From NCBI GenBank assembly GCA_024277355.1, contig JAJRVL010000004.1, positions 300,001 to 332,000 of the forward strand: a stretch of DNA of 32,000 nucleotides, read 5' to 3'. The notes under the pieces were generated by a model. The model saw nothing but the letters and a program-made list of their open reading frames with translations. It made no database searches and was not told the DNA's origin. The translations under genes and the position numbers were made by a program. Positions 14,228 through 22,034 of the stretch are shown here, one piece after another (the first letter of the stretch is position 1; each line of letters opens with the position of its first letter). The stretch comes from an archaeon. Lineage in GTDB: Archaea > Iainarchaeota > Iainarchaeia > Iainarchaeales > 1-14-0-10-31-34.

Positions 14228-15469
14228 ATGCAGTTTTTAGATGAATTCAAAAAAGGTTTAATGTGGGGCATGCTTACAAGTGTAGACTTGTTTGAATGTA
14301 ATCCAAAAAAAATTCGTTCAAAACAAGACATTAAAGAATATGTTAAACAATTATGCAAAAAAATTGACATGAAAACTTTTGGAGAAACAATTGTAGTAAG
14401 ATTTGGTAAAGACAAAAGAGTTCAAGGTTACTCAATGACGCAATTAATTGAAACTTCTTTAATCAGCGGTCATTTTGCTGAAAACACTAATTCAGCTTAC
14501 TTGGATATTTTCAGCTGTAAATATTATAATGCAGAAGAAGTAGAAGATTTCTCTAAAAAATTTTTTGAAGCAAAAAAATCAGAGTCAAATATTACTTTCA
14601 GAAAAATGCCTGAAGCAGCAAAAAATAAATTACTTGACATTCCTAATTCAAAAAACTGGTTTTTTGAATCAATTGAATTTAATCAGGGAAGAGCTTTAGC
14701 ATTAAAAGCCAAACAATTATATTCAACTCAAAGTTCTTTTCAAAAAATAGAAGTATATAATACTAATTCTTTTGGAAAAATGCTTGTATTAGACGGAGCA
14801 ATACAATTAACTCAAGCAGATGAATTTGCTTATCACGAAATGATAGTGCACCCTGCATTAAATACTCATCCTAAAACAGAAAAAGTTTTAATTATTGGCG
14901 GAGCAGACGGCGGAACAGCAAGAGAAACAGCAAAACACAAAACAATAAAAGAAATTCATTTATGTGATTTAGATAAAAAAGTTGTTTTAACATCAAAAAA
15001 ATTCCTGCCTTTTACTGCAGCAGGATTAAAAGATAAAAGATTAAGTGTTTTTCATAAAGATGGATTTAAGTTTTTAAAAGAAAAAGAAAATTATTATGAT
15101 GTAATAATAATTGATTCAACTGATCCAATTGGAGTCGGAAAAATATTATTTAGTTCAAAGTTTTTTAAACTTGTATTTAATTCATTAAAAAAAGACGGAA
15201 TAATGGTTAATCAATTTCAAAGCATGTTTTATGAAAAAAAATTAATTAAAGAAATAACAAAAACAATAAAGAAAATTTTCCCTAAATTCTGGTATTATTA
15301 TACTTTAGTTCCTTCATATCCTTCTGGAACAATAGGTTTTGGTTTTGCAAGCAAAAAACATTCTCCTTTAAATCCAAAAAATAAAAACATTAAGGACTTG
15401 AAGTATTATAATTTAGAAATCCATAAAGCAAGTTTTGTTTTGCCTAAATTTATGGAAAAAATAGTTTAA
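14228..15469 (+). CDS. Fusion protein: pyruvoyl-type S-adenosylmethionine decarboxylase-like domain (N-terminal) plus spermidine synthase / aminopropyltransferase (C-terminal)
   Basis: The N-terminal ~125 aa read DLFECN...GYSMTQLIETSLISGHFAEN..AYLDIFSCK, which follows the SpeH/class-1 AdoMetDC pattern (ECd...isESHisiHTwPE..a.iDvFsCg). The C-terminal part reads FQKIEVY..FGKMLVLDGAIQLTQADEFAYHEM, VLIIGGADGG, DVIIIDSTDPIG and PSYPSG, which matches SpeE. Confidence 0.85.
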   Translation: MQFLDEFKKGLMWGMLTSVDLFECNPKKIRSKQDIKEYVKQLCKKIDMKTFGETIVVRFGKDKRVQGYSMTQLIETSLISGHFAENTNSAYLDIFSCKYYNAEEVEDFSKKFFEAKKSESNITFRKMPEAAKNKLLDIPNSKNWFFESIEFNQGRALALKAKQLYSTQSSFQKIEVYNTNSFGKMLVLDGAIQLTQADEFAYHEMIVHPALNTHPKTEKVLIIGGADGGTARETAKHKTIKEIHLCDLDKKVVLTSKKFLPFTAAGLKDKRLSVFHKDGFKFLKEKENYYDVIIIDSTDPIGVGKILFSSKFFKLVFNSLKKDGIMVNQFQSMFYEKKLIKEITKTIKKIFPKFWYYYTLVPSYPSGTIGFGFASKKHSPLNPKNKNIKDLKYYNLEIHKASFVLPKFMEKIV

Positions 15470-16575
15470 TATAATTTCATTGAAGAATCAAGCCAACCTG
15501 AATGGTTGTCTGCTTTTCTTCTAAAAATAGTTCCTAATAATTCAGGGTTTCTTGCCTGATGCTGTTTAAAATAAATATAACCTTTAGACAACCCTAAAAT
15601 TTCAATTTTTCCTCTTTTATGAGACATCATATACTTGAATCTTTTGCTGTGTCCATTCATTTTCTTTTTTGCTTCTTCAACTATTTTACATCCTTCAGCA
15701 ATAGATAATTCAAATTCATGTTTTACTCTTTTAACCGGACGGCATTGGAAAACATAATAAGGATTTACTCCAACTGAAACAAGTTTATTCATTAATTCTG
15801 CTAAAACATCAGGATTATCATTTACTCCTTTAAGCAGTACAGTCTGATTATTTACAATTACTTTTGATCCAAGCAATGCATCAATTGCCTGAATTGATTT
15901 AGAAGTTAATTCTCTTGGATGATTAAAATGAGTTACAATATAAAGTCTTTTTCTTTTGAATGAATGTTTTGAAAATAATTTCAGTAAATTTTTATCCTGA
16001 CTTATTCTGTCAGGAAAAACCACTGGAACTCTGCTTCCAATTCTAATAAAATCTAAATGATCTATATCTGCAAGCCCATCTAAAAATTGCTTTAAAACTT
16101 TTGTCGGCAAAGTTAAAGGATCTCCACCTGAAATTAAAACATTATTAATTTCATTGTGTTTTTCAATGTAATTTATTGCTTCATCAAATCTCTTTAACAC
16201 TTCTGAATCAGACAACCCAACTAATCTTTTCCTGAAACAAAAACGACAGTAAGCAGCACACCTGTTAGTTGAAAGCATTAAAGCAGTCTGAGAATATTTA
16301 TGCTGTAATCCTACGCTTTTAGTATTTTCTTTTTCTCCGCTTGTATCATAAGTTCCTAAAGGATTTAATTCTTCTTTTGAAGGAACAACAAGTCTTCTAA
16401 TTGGATCTTTTTTGTCTTCTTTGTTAATTAAAGATAAATAATATTTAGTTATACTCATTGGATGCATTTCAATTGCTTTTTTTATTGCTTTTTCTTCCAT
16501 TGGAGTTAAATGAATATATTTTTTTAATTCAGAAACAGTAGTAATATTTTCTTTTAATTTATTTCTCCAATACAT
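15466..16575 (-). CDS. KamA-family radical-SAM aminomutase (lysine 2,3-aminomutase-like)
   Basis: It has the CAAYCRFCFRKR (CxxxCxxC) motif. WRNKLKENITTVSELKKYI..ITKYYLSLI..DPIRRLVVPS is highly KamA-like, and SGGDPL is present. The listed ORF starts at TTG 16590 and the first ATG is at 16575. Confidence 0.85.
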   Translation of the reverse strand: MYWRNKLKENITTVSELKKYIHLTPMEEKAIKKAIEMHPMSITKYYLSLINKEDKKDPIRRLVVPSKEELNPLGTYDTSGEKENTKSVGLQHKYSQTALMLSTNRCAAYCRFCFRKRLVGLSDSEVLKRFDEAINYIEKHNEINNVLISGGDPLTLPTKVLKQFLDGLADIDHLDFIRIGSRVPVVFPDRISQDKNLLKLFSKHSFKRKRLYIVTHFNHPRELTSKSIQAIDALLGSKVIVNNQTVLLKGVNDNPDVLAELMNKLVSVGVNPYYVFQCRPVKRVKHEFELSIAEGCKIVEEAKKKMNGHSKRFKYMMSHKRGKIEILGLSKGYIYFKQHQARNPELLGTIFRRKADNHSGWLDSSMKLY

Positions 16576-16663
16576 TAAACAAAACTCCAATACTTAAAAT
16601 TAAAAATAAAAACTCACTTAAGGGTTACTATTAGTATAAAAAAAATAAAAAAAGATTAATTAA

Positions 16664-17272
16664 TTATTTTTCTTCTTTTTTTTCGGTTTTCTTTGATTTT
16701 TCTTTAGTTTCTTTTTCTTTTTTTTCTTCTTTGATTTCTTTTTTTGTTTCTGTTTTAGTTTCTTTTGCTGATTCAACTGGTTTTGTTTTTGAGTTTTCTT
16801 CTGTTTTTTTTGATTCATGTTTCTTTTCAGTTTTATTATGTTTTCTTTTTTGTTTTTTTGGTTTTGATTCAGTAAACTCAACTAAAACTGCATTAATTGT
16901 TCCATGCTGTCCTGGTCTTGAAACAACTTTAGCGTGCTTTTTTCCGTTTAATTCAACTTCAATTATTGCACCTTTAGTAATAATATTTCTTCTTGCATAC
17001 TGCCTGTTAGCATTATTTTCAGCAATTGTAAGAATTTTTGCTTTAGAAGTTTTTTTTGTTGAAAGGTCAGTTATATTTGCATGAATTGCATATCTAACCT
17101 GCCTTTTTGCAGTACTTCCTCTTCCATTTACTTCAACTCTTTCTTCTTTTTCTGATAATCTTGTCTGTGAAAAAAGATTTCCTTTCCAAGCTAATTTTTT
17201 TGTACTTCTTCTGGAAGTTCTTCTTCTTCCTCCGCTGACTTTTCTGTCAGACTTCATATGCCATTGAACCAT
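16664..17272 (-). CDS. rps8e: Ribosomal protein S8e with a ~70-aa Lys/Glu-rich C-terminal extension
   Basis: It reads WHMKSDRKVSGGRRRTSRR...NANRQYARRNIITKGAIIE..VSRPGQHGTINAVLVE, then FTESKPKKQKRKHNK...KKEEK. Confidence 0.85.
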   Translation of the reverse strand: MVQWHMKSDRKVSGGRRRTSRRSTKKLAWKGNLFSQTRLSEKEERVEVNGRGSTAKRQVRYAIHANITDLSTKKTSKAKILTIAENNANRQYARRNIITKGAIIEVELNGKKHAKVVSRPGQHGTINAVLVEFTESKPKKQKRKHNKTEKKHESKKTEENSKTKPVESAKETKTETKKEIKEEKKEKETKEKSKKTEKKEEK

Positions 17273-17353
17273 TTTTTTACACCTATAATAATTTTAACAG
17301 CCCTTTAAACAGGGCAGTATTTTTAAAGCTTTAAATCCATATAATTTACTGCC

Positions 17354-17854
17354 ATGATCTACAAAAAAAATAAACTTTTTTGTTCAATAAAAACAGGCAA
17401 AGTAAAAATAAATTCTATTGCTAAAAGTATAAAAAGTATTATGTTAAAGGAAAAAAGCCTTTTTGTGCTGTTTAACCTTAATTCTACTCCTTCAATAAGC
17501 CATATTATTTTCTGCATTAATTCAATTCCTGAAAAATTCACTGCAATAGACTTTTTAATTAAATTAACAGGAGAAAAACAACTTTCTTTAATTAGAAAAA
17601 AAACTGAATTAAACAAAACTAAAAATGCTTGTTTAATTGTATTTGAATCAAATAAAATTAAAGCTAAAAAAATTTCTGAAAAAATAAGCAAAGAAATTGG
17701 ATTAAAAGAAAACAAAGAAATTTCATCTGAAAAAAGACTTAAAGAATTAATTAAAAAAGAAAAATTAAATAAAAAAATACTTAATGGATTTGGCGAAGAC
17801 TTTTATTCTTCTGTGAACAATTTTTTTATTGAAAAAAGTGCTGTGGTTAAATGA
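17354..17854 (+). CDS. Hypothetical Lys-rich protein
   Basis: 166 aa with an ATG start. Its stop overlaps the start of the downstream gene (ATGA at 17851), which suggests co-translation. I recognised no family motif. Confidence 0.4.
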   Translation: MIYKKNKLFCSIKTGKVKINSIAKSIKSIMLKEKSLFVLFNLNSTPSISHIIFCINSIPEKFTAIDFLIKLTGEKQLSLIRKKTELNKTKNACLIVFESNKIKAKKISEKISKEIGLKENKEISSEKRLKELIKKEKLNKKILNGFGEDFYSSVNNFFIEKSAVVK

Positions 17855-19281
17855 AAAAAGTTTCTGCCGAAGGCAATTTTGATAAAACTTTGAAAAAAGT
17901 TTTTGTTGTTTTATTGTTAATTGTTTTTCTTGGTTTTTTGTTAAGAGTTCCGGATTTTGTTTTTGATTCTTTTGGAGAACCAGATAACTATTTTCATTTA
18001 AGAATGATAAAAAAAGTAGTTGAAGAAAAAAGTGTTCCTGAATTTGATGAATTGTCAATGCAAGGCAGATATTATTCTTATGCGCCTTTATACCATGTAA
18101 TTTTTGCGGAATTATATTTGTTTTCAGAATTAGATTTTGAGTTTTTGCTTCATTTGTTTCCAATATTATACGGTTTAATGGGAATTTTTTTAGTTTTTGT
18201 TTTTGCAAGAAAAATTTTTAATGAAAAAATAGGATTATATTCAGCGTTTTTTTTGTCTACAATGATGTATCATATGATTAGAACTTCAGGTAATTCAAGA
18301 CCTGACGGATTAGCCTTGCTTTTAATTCCTGCAGTACTTTATTTAATTTACACTAAAAAATACAAAATAGCTTTTTTGCTTGGAATTACACAAATGATAC
18401 TGCATCCGCTTTCTTCATTTAATTTAATTCTTTTTTTATTAGTGTGGATTGTAATTGCTAAAACTAAAAAAATAGAAATTGCAGTAAAAAAAATTTTATT
18501 AATAATTGAAGGCATGCTTTTAGTTTTTCTTTTATGGCTTAATTCTCTGCCTTATCATTATTCAGAGTATGTTTCAAAAGTTTCATTTGAATCAAGTGAA
18601 ATGGCTAAATCAACTTTATTTACCCAATTAACTTTAATGCTTTATTCATGGGTTTTTATTTTAATTGCATTATTCAAAACAGAAAAAAAGAATTATTTTT
18701 TGATTGTGTGGTTTATGTTTGAATTATTTTACGGAGTGTTTGGAACAAGATTAGGAATTTTTGTTTCTTTTCCTGCAGCAATCCTTGCAGGGCAAGGTTT
18801 TTCAATTATAATAGAAAAAGTAAAACCTTATGCAAAGATTTTTTTTGTTTTAATTTTATTTATGGGTTTAATGATTTATATTCCAAATGTACAGTTTCCT
18901 GGAAAAAGTTTAAGTTCCACAGAAAAAAATGCAATGAAATGGTTAAACGAATTCACAGAAAAAGACATTAATATTCTTTCTTCCTGGGACAGAGGACATC
19001 CTTTAGCTGAAATAACAAAAAGAAAAGTAGTAATTGACGGTTACTTTGAGTTTGCACCTCAATTAAATGAAAGAAATAATTCCATAAAAGAAATCAGTTC
19101 AACTTCAGATTGTAATAAAATTAAAACTGAAGCAGAAAAATTTAATTCAAATTACTTTTTTGTTTTTAATACAGCAATAAAATCAAAAACATACAAAAAT
19201 GGTTTGCTTGAAGCAGAATGCGATTTTATGAATTATATTTTTGACAGTGATTCATCTAAAATAATTCAATTTACTAATTAA
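17851..19281 (+). CDS. GT-C fold membrane glycosyltransferase, STT3/AglB-like oligosaccharyltransferase (short form)
   Basis: There are about 11-13 TM helices followed by a soluble C-terminal domain. The first-loop motif EPDNYFHLRM resembles DP-x-Y/F-x-x-R of STT3/AglB. The C-terminal LSSWDRGHPL sits where the WWDYG motif is expected. Confidence 0.5.
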   Translation: MKKVSAEGNFDKTLKKVFVVLLLIVFLGFLLRVPDFVFDSFGEPDNYFHLRMIKKVVEEKSVPEFDELSMQGRYYSYAPLYHVIFAELYLFSELDFEFLLHLFPILYGLMGIFLVFVFARKIFNEKIGLYSAFFLSTMMYHMIRTSGNSRPDGLALLLIPAVLYLIYTKKYKIAFLLGITQMILHPLSSFNLILFLLVWIVIAKTKKIEIAVKKILLIIEGMLLVFLLWLNSLPYHYSEYVSKVSFESSEMAKSTLFTQLTLMLYSWVFILIALFKTEKKNYFLIVWFMFELFYGVFGTRLGIFVSFPAAILAGQGFSIIIEKVKPYAKIFFVLILFMGLMIYIPNVQFPGKSLSSTEKNAMKWLNEFTEKDINILSSWDRGHPLAEITKRKVVIDGYFEFAPQLNERNNSIKEISSTSDCNKIKTEAEKFNSNYFFVFNTAIKSKTYKNGLLEAECDFMNYIFDSDSSKIIQFTN

Positions 19282-19289
19282 GTGATTTA

Positions 19290-19835
19290 ATGACAGAATA
19301 CCTTGATGTAATAAATAAAAACAATGAAATAACAGGAAAAAAAACAAGAAAAGAAATTCATGAAAAAGGATTAATGCATAAATCTGTTCATGTCTGGATT
19401 TTAAATGAAAAAAAAGAAGTTTTATGCAATTTAAGAAACAAAAATAAAGATTTGTTTGCTGGTTTATGGGATGCTGTTTTCGGCGAACACTTAAAAACAG
19501 GAGAAAATTTTGAAACAGCAGCAGTAAGAGGCATAAAAGAAGAATTAGGAATTAAAACAAATAAAAAAAATTTAATTGAATTAGGAATAAATAAAGAAAA
19601 ACAAAAAGATTCAGAAAAAAATTTATTTAATAATGAATTCCAGAAAATTTTTTTATTTAAAACCACAAAAAAAATAAATGAATTAAAATTTCAAAAAACT
19701 GAAATAGAAAAAATAAAATTCATTGAAATAAATAAATTAAAAGAAATTTTAAAACAAGAAAAAATGAATTTTATTCCTAAAAATAAATATTATTTGAAAA
19801 TAATCAAAAAAATAAAAACAGAGTACAATTTATAA
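19290..19835 (+). CDS. NUDIX hydrolase
   Basis: It has the Nudix box GEHLKTGENFETAAVRGIKEELGI (Gx5Ex7REUxEExGU). The N-terminal part, GLMHKSVHVWILN...LRNKNKDLFAGLWD, resembles the IDI-like Nudix subgroup but lacks the IDI catalytic Cys context. Confidence 0.8.
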   Translation: MTEYLDVINKNNEITGKKTRKEIHEKGLMHKSVHVWILNEKKEVLCNLRNKNKDLFAGLWDAVFGEHLKTGENFETAAVRGIKEELGIKTNKKNLIELGINKEKQKDSEKNLFNNEFQKIFLFKTTKKINELKFQKTEIEKIKFIEINKLKEILKQEKMNFIPKNKYYLKIIKKIKTEYNL

Positions 19836-19879
19836 TAGTTTTTTACTTATTATTAATAACTTTTGCAGAAGGGGGATAA

Positions 19880-20941
19880 ATGAAATCTTTAATGGAAGAC
19901 GTATTAAATTCAAATAACCAGACTAAAACTGGATCAAACGAAGAATTTTTAGCTCCAAGAATAATGGTAATTGGAGCAGGCGGAGCAGGATGCAACACTG
20001 TAAACAGAATTTCAAATATTGGAGCAGCAGGCGCTCAATTAGTTGCAGTTAACACAGACAAACAGCATTTGTCTATAATCAATGATGAATTAACTAAAAT
20101 TTTAATTGGAAAAAGTGTAACAAGAGGATTAGGAGCAGGCGGATACCCTGAAATAGGAAGAAAATCTGCTGAAATTTCACGTAAAGCATTAGAAGAAGTT
20201 TTAAGCAATGTAGACATGCTTTTTATTTCTGCTGGAATGGGCGGAGGAACAGGAACAGGTTCAGCACCAGTAATAGCAGAAATAGCAAAACAACAAGGCG
20301 CAATAGTAATTTCAATTGTAACTTATCCTTTTGCATTAGAAAAAGCCAGACTACTTAAAGCAGAAGACGGATTACAGCAATTAAATGCAGTCAGCGATAC
20401 TTTAGTTGTAATTGACAACAACAGATTAGTTGAATTAGTGCCTAATTTACCAATACAAGATGCATTTAAAGTAGCAGACGAAGTAACAGCAAGAACAGTA
20501 AGAGGAATAACAGAAACAATAACCCAACCTTCATTAATTAACTTAGATTTCGCTGACATTAAAAGTGTTATGGGCAATAAAGGATTAAGTGTAATTGCAG
20601 TAGGAGAATCAAAATCAAACAACAAAGTAGAAGAAGTAGTACAAGAAACACTAAAAAATTCTTTATTAGATGTTGATATTTCTGGTGCAACAGGAGCATT
20701 AATTCATATTACCGGAGGCCCAGAATTAACTTTAGGAGAAGCAAATCAAGTAGGCGAATTACTAACTGAAAGAATTGACCCTAAAGCAACAGTCATCTGG
20801 GGTTCAAGAGTTGACCCAACATTTGAAAACAAAATAGAAGTAATCTCAATTTTTACAGGGTTATCAGAAAAAGAAGTTAAAGGAATGAAAATTCAAAACC
20901 AAAAAAAAGACAAACAAGGATTAAATTTAGGTTTTATATAA
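19880..20941 (+). CDS. ftsZ: Cell division GTPase FtsZ
   Basis: It has [12 protein letters not shown], the tubulin signature [16 protein letters not shown], and [12 protein letters not shown] purine-rich SD-like GGGGGA lies at 19871-19876. Confidence 0.97.
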   Translation: MKSLMEDVLNSNNQTKTGSNEEFLAPRIMVIGAGGAGCNTVNRISNIGAAGAQLVAVNTDKQHLSIINDELTKILIGKSVTRGLGAGGYPEIGRKSAEISRKALEEVLSNVDMLFISAGMGGGTGTGSAPVIAEIAKQQGAIVISIVTYPFALEKARLLKAEDGLQQLNAVSDTLVVIDNNRLVELVPNLPIQDAFKVADEVTARTVRGITETITQPSLINLDFADIKSVMGNKGLSVIAVGESKSNNKVEEVVQETLKNSLLDVDISGATGALIHITGGPELTLGEANQVGELLTERIDPKATVIWGSRVDPTFENKIEVISIFTGLSEKEVKGMKIQNQKKDKQGLNLGFI

Positions 20942-20944
20942 AAC

Positions 20945-20965
20945 AAACTTTTTCGGAAAAAGTTT
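20945..20965 (+). terminator. Perfect hairpin AAACTTTTT-CGG-AAAAAGTTT 3 nt after the ftsZ stop; candidate terminator
   Basis: A 9-bp stem with a 3-nt loop. Its 3' half plus flank (AAAAAGTTTAATAAAA) also matches the promoter-like word. Confidence 0.4.
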
Positions 20966-21000
20966 AATAAAAACAATCTTCTAAAAAAAAAGGTTGAATA

Positions 21001-21032
21001 AAAACTTTTATCAGCTTTTTCCAAAAAGTTTT
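21001..21032 (-). terminator. Nested palindrome abutting the stop of the 121-aa gene; candidate terminator
   Basis: AAAACTTTT (21001-09) pairs with AAAAGTTTT (21024-32), and an inner CTTTTT-CC-AAAAAG lies at 21015-28. On the gene strand, a T9 run follows at 20982-20990. Confidence 0.35.
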
Positions 21033-21396
21033 AATTTTCAATTTTAATTGTTATTTGTTCGTCTTTGCTTTCTAAAACATAATTATAGTCTTCAAAGTGT
21101 TCTGAAACATTTAATAAAGCAGTATAATTTCCTGTTTCAACAACTTTTGAAGGAAAAATTTCATAAGAAAATTTTCTTGTTTGCCCCTGCATTAATTTTT
21201 GTGCGATTCTTTTTCTTACAATTCTGTTTAATCCAGCTTTATCTAATCCTAACTGAGGAGGCAGTTCCAAAGAAAAAGAAACAAGCTTTGGTTTAATTCC
21301 ATTATTTGAAATAGTAAAACTTAATTCAATTGGTTCACGATTTTTTAATTTCATTCTAAAAGGAAATAAACTTGTTTTAACATTTAATCCAGCCAT
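21031..21396 (-). CDS. Hypothetical small protein, probably all-beta (Ig/CARDB-like pattern)
   Basis: 121 aa with an ATG start, no signal peptide and alternating beta-strand-like segments. It is convergent with ftsZ. No confident family assignment. Confidence 0.45.
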   Translation of the reverse strand: MAGLNVKTSLFPFRMKLKNREPIELSFTISNNGIKPKLVSFSLELPPQLGLDKAGLNRIVRKRIAQKLMQGQTRKFSYEIFPSKVVETGNYTALLNVSEHFEDYNYVLESKDEQITIKIEN

Positions 21397-21469
21397 TATC
21401 TCACCCTTAACAAATATAGTATATTTATGCTAAAAAAAGTTAATAAATAGAATAGTGCTAAATTTTAAT

Positions 21470-22030
21470 ATGCCTCCTAAAAAAAAAGCTTTTTTAATTT
21501 CAGGATTGTGCGGTTCAGGAAAAACAACTTTATCACAAGCTATTACTAAAAAATTTAACGGGCATCACATAACATTTACAACAAAACTGGCGGGTAAAAA
21601 AAGCGGAAGAGGTTCTGTAGCAAAAGCCATAAAACGTTATTTAAAACTTAGAAACAAAGTAAAAACTGAAGCAGTTGCAGACAGCTATCAAGATTTCATA
21701 AAAAGCGGGAAAACTTCTCTTGTATTAGACGGAATAATAAGTCCAACAGAAATAAATGAACTAAGAAAAATTGATTCAACTATAGAAATTAACACAATTT
21801 TTATTTCAGCACAAAAAAAAAGAAGAGTTTCATTAGTTCAATTAAGACATCCTAACAAAGGAGGCGGAACAAAATTAAGAAGTTTTCTTTGGGTAAAATT
21901 TATGGATTTATTGCATAACCGGCTTTTAGGAGTTGACTTAGAAAGTTTAAAAAAACAAAGTAATATAACTATAGAAAACAATGGAACTAAAACTGATTTA
22001 ATCAGAAAAGCAACTGAAAAAATTAAATAA
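21470..22030 (+). CDS. P-loop NTPase / nucleotide-kinase-like protein
   Basis: It has the Walker A motif GLCGSGKTT. The listed ORF starts at GTG 21455. ATG 21470 lies about 26 nt downstream of the TATA-like AAAAAAAGTTAATAAATA, which is consistent with a leaderless mRNA. Confidence 0.55.
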   Translation: MPPKKKAFLISGLCGSGKTTLSQAITKKFNGHHITFTTKLAGKKSGRGSVAKAIKRYLKLRNKVKTEAVADSYQDFIKSGKTSLVLDGIISPTEINELRKIDSTIEINTIFISAQKKRRVSLVQLRHPNKGGGTKLRSFLWVKFMDLLHNRLLGVDLESLKKQSNITIENNGTKTDLIRKATEKIK

Positions 22031-22034
22031 TAAA

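Noticed and set aside
16660-17084. The Lys-rich 73-aa ORF (16660..16881, minus) and the 117-aa ORF (16731..17084, plus).
   Set aside because: Both are alternative-frame or antisense shadows of the S8e gene and its low-complexity Lys/Glu tail. The S8e frame carries the recognisable conserved core.
19290-19835. The Nudix protein as a type 1 isopentenyl-diphosphate isomerase, which would complement ispE and ispG.
   Set aside because: The IDI-1 catalytic Cys context (NxCCxHP) is absent; the equivalent stretch is WDAVFGEH. Only a generic Nudix hydrolase call is supported.
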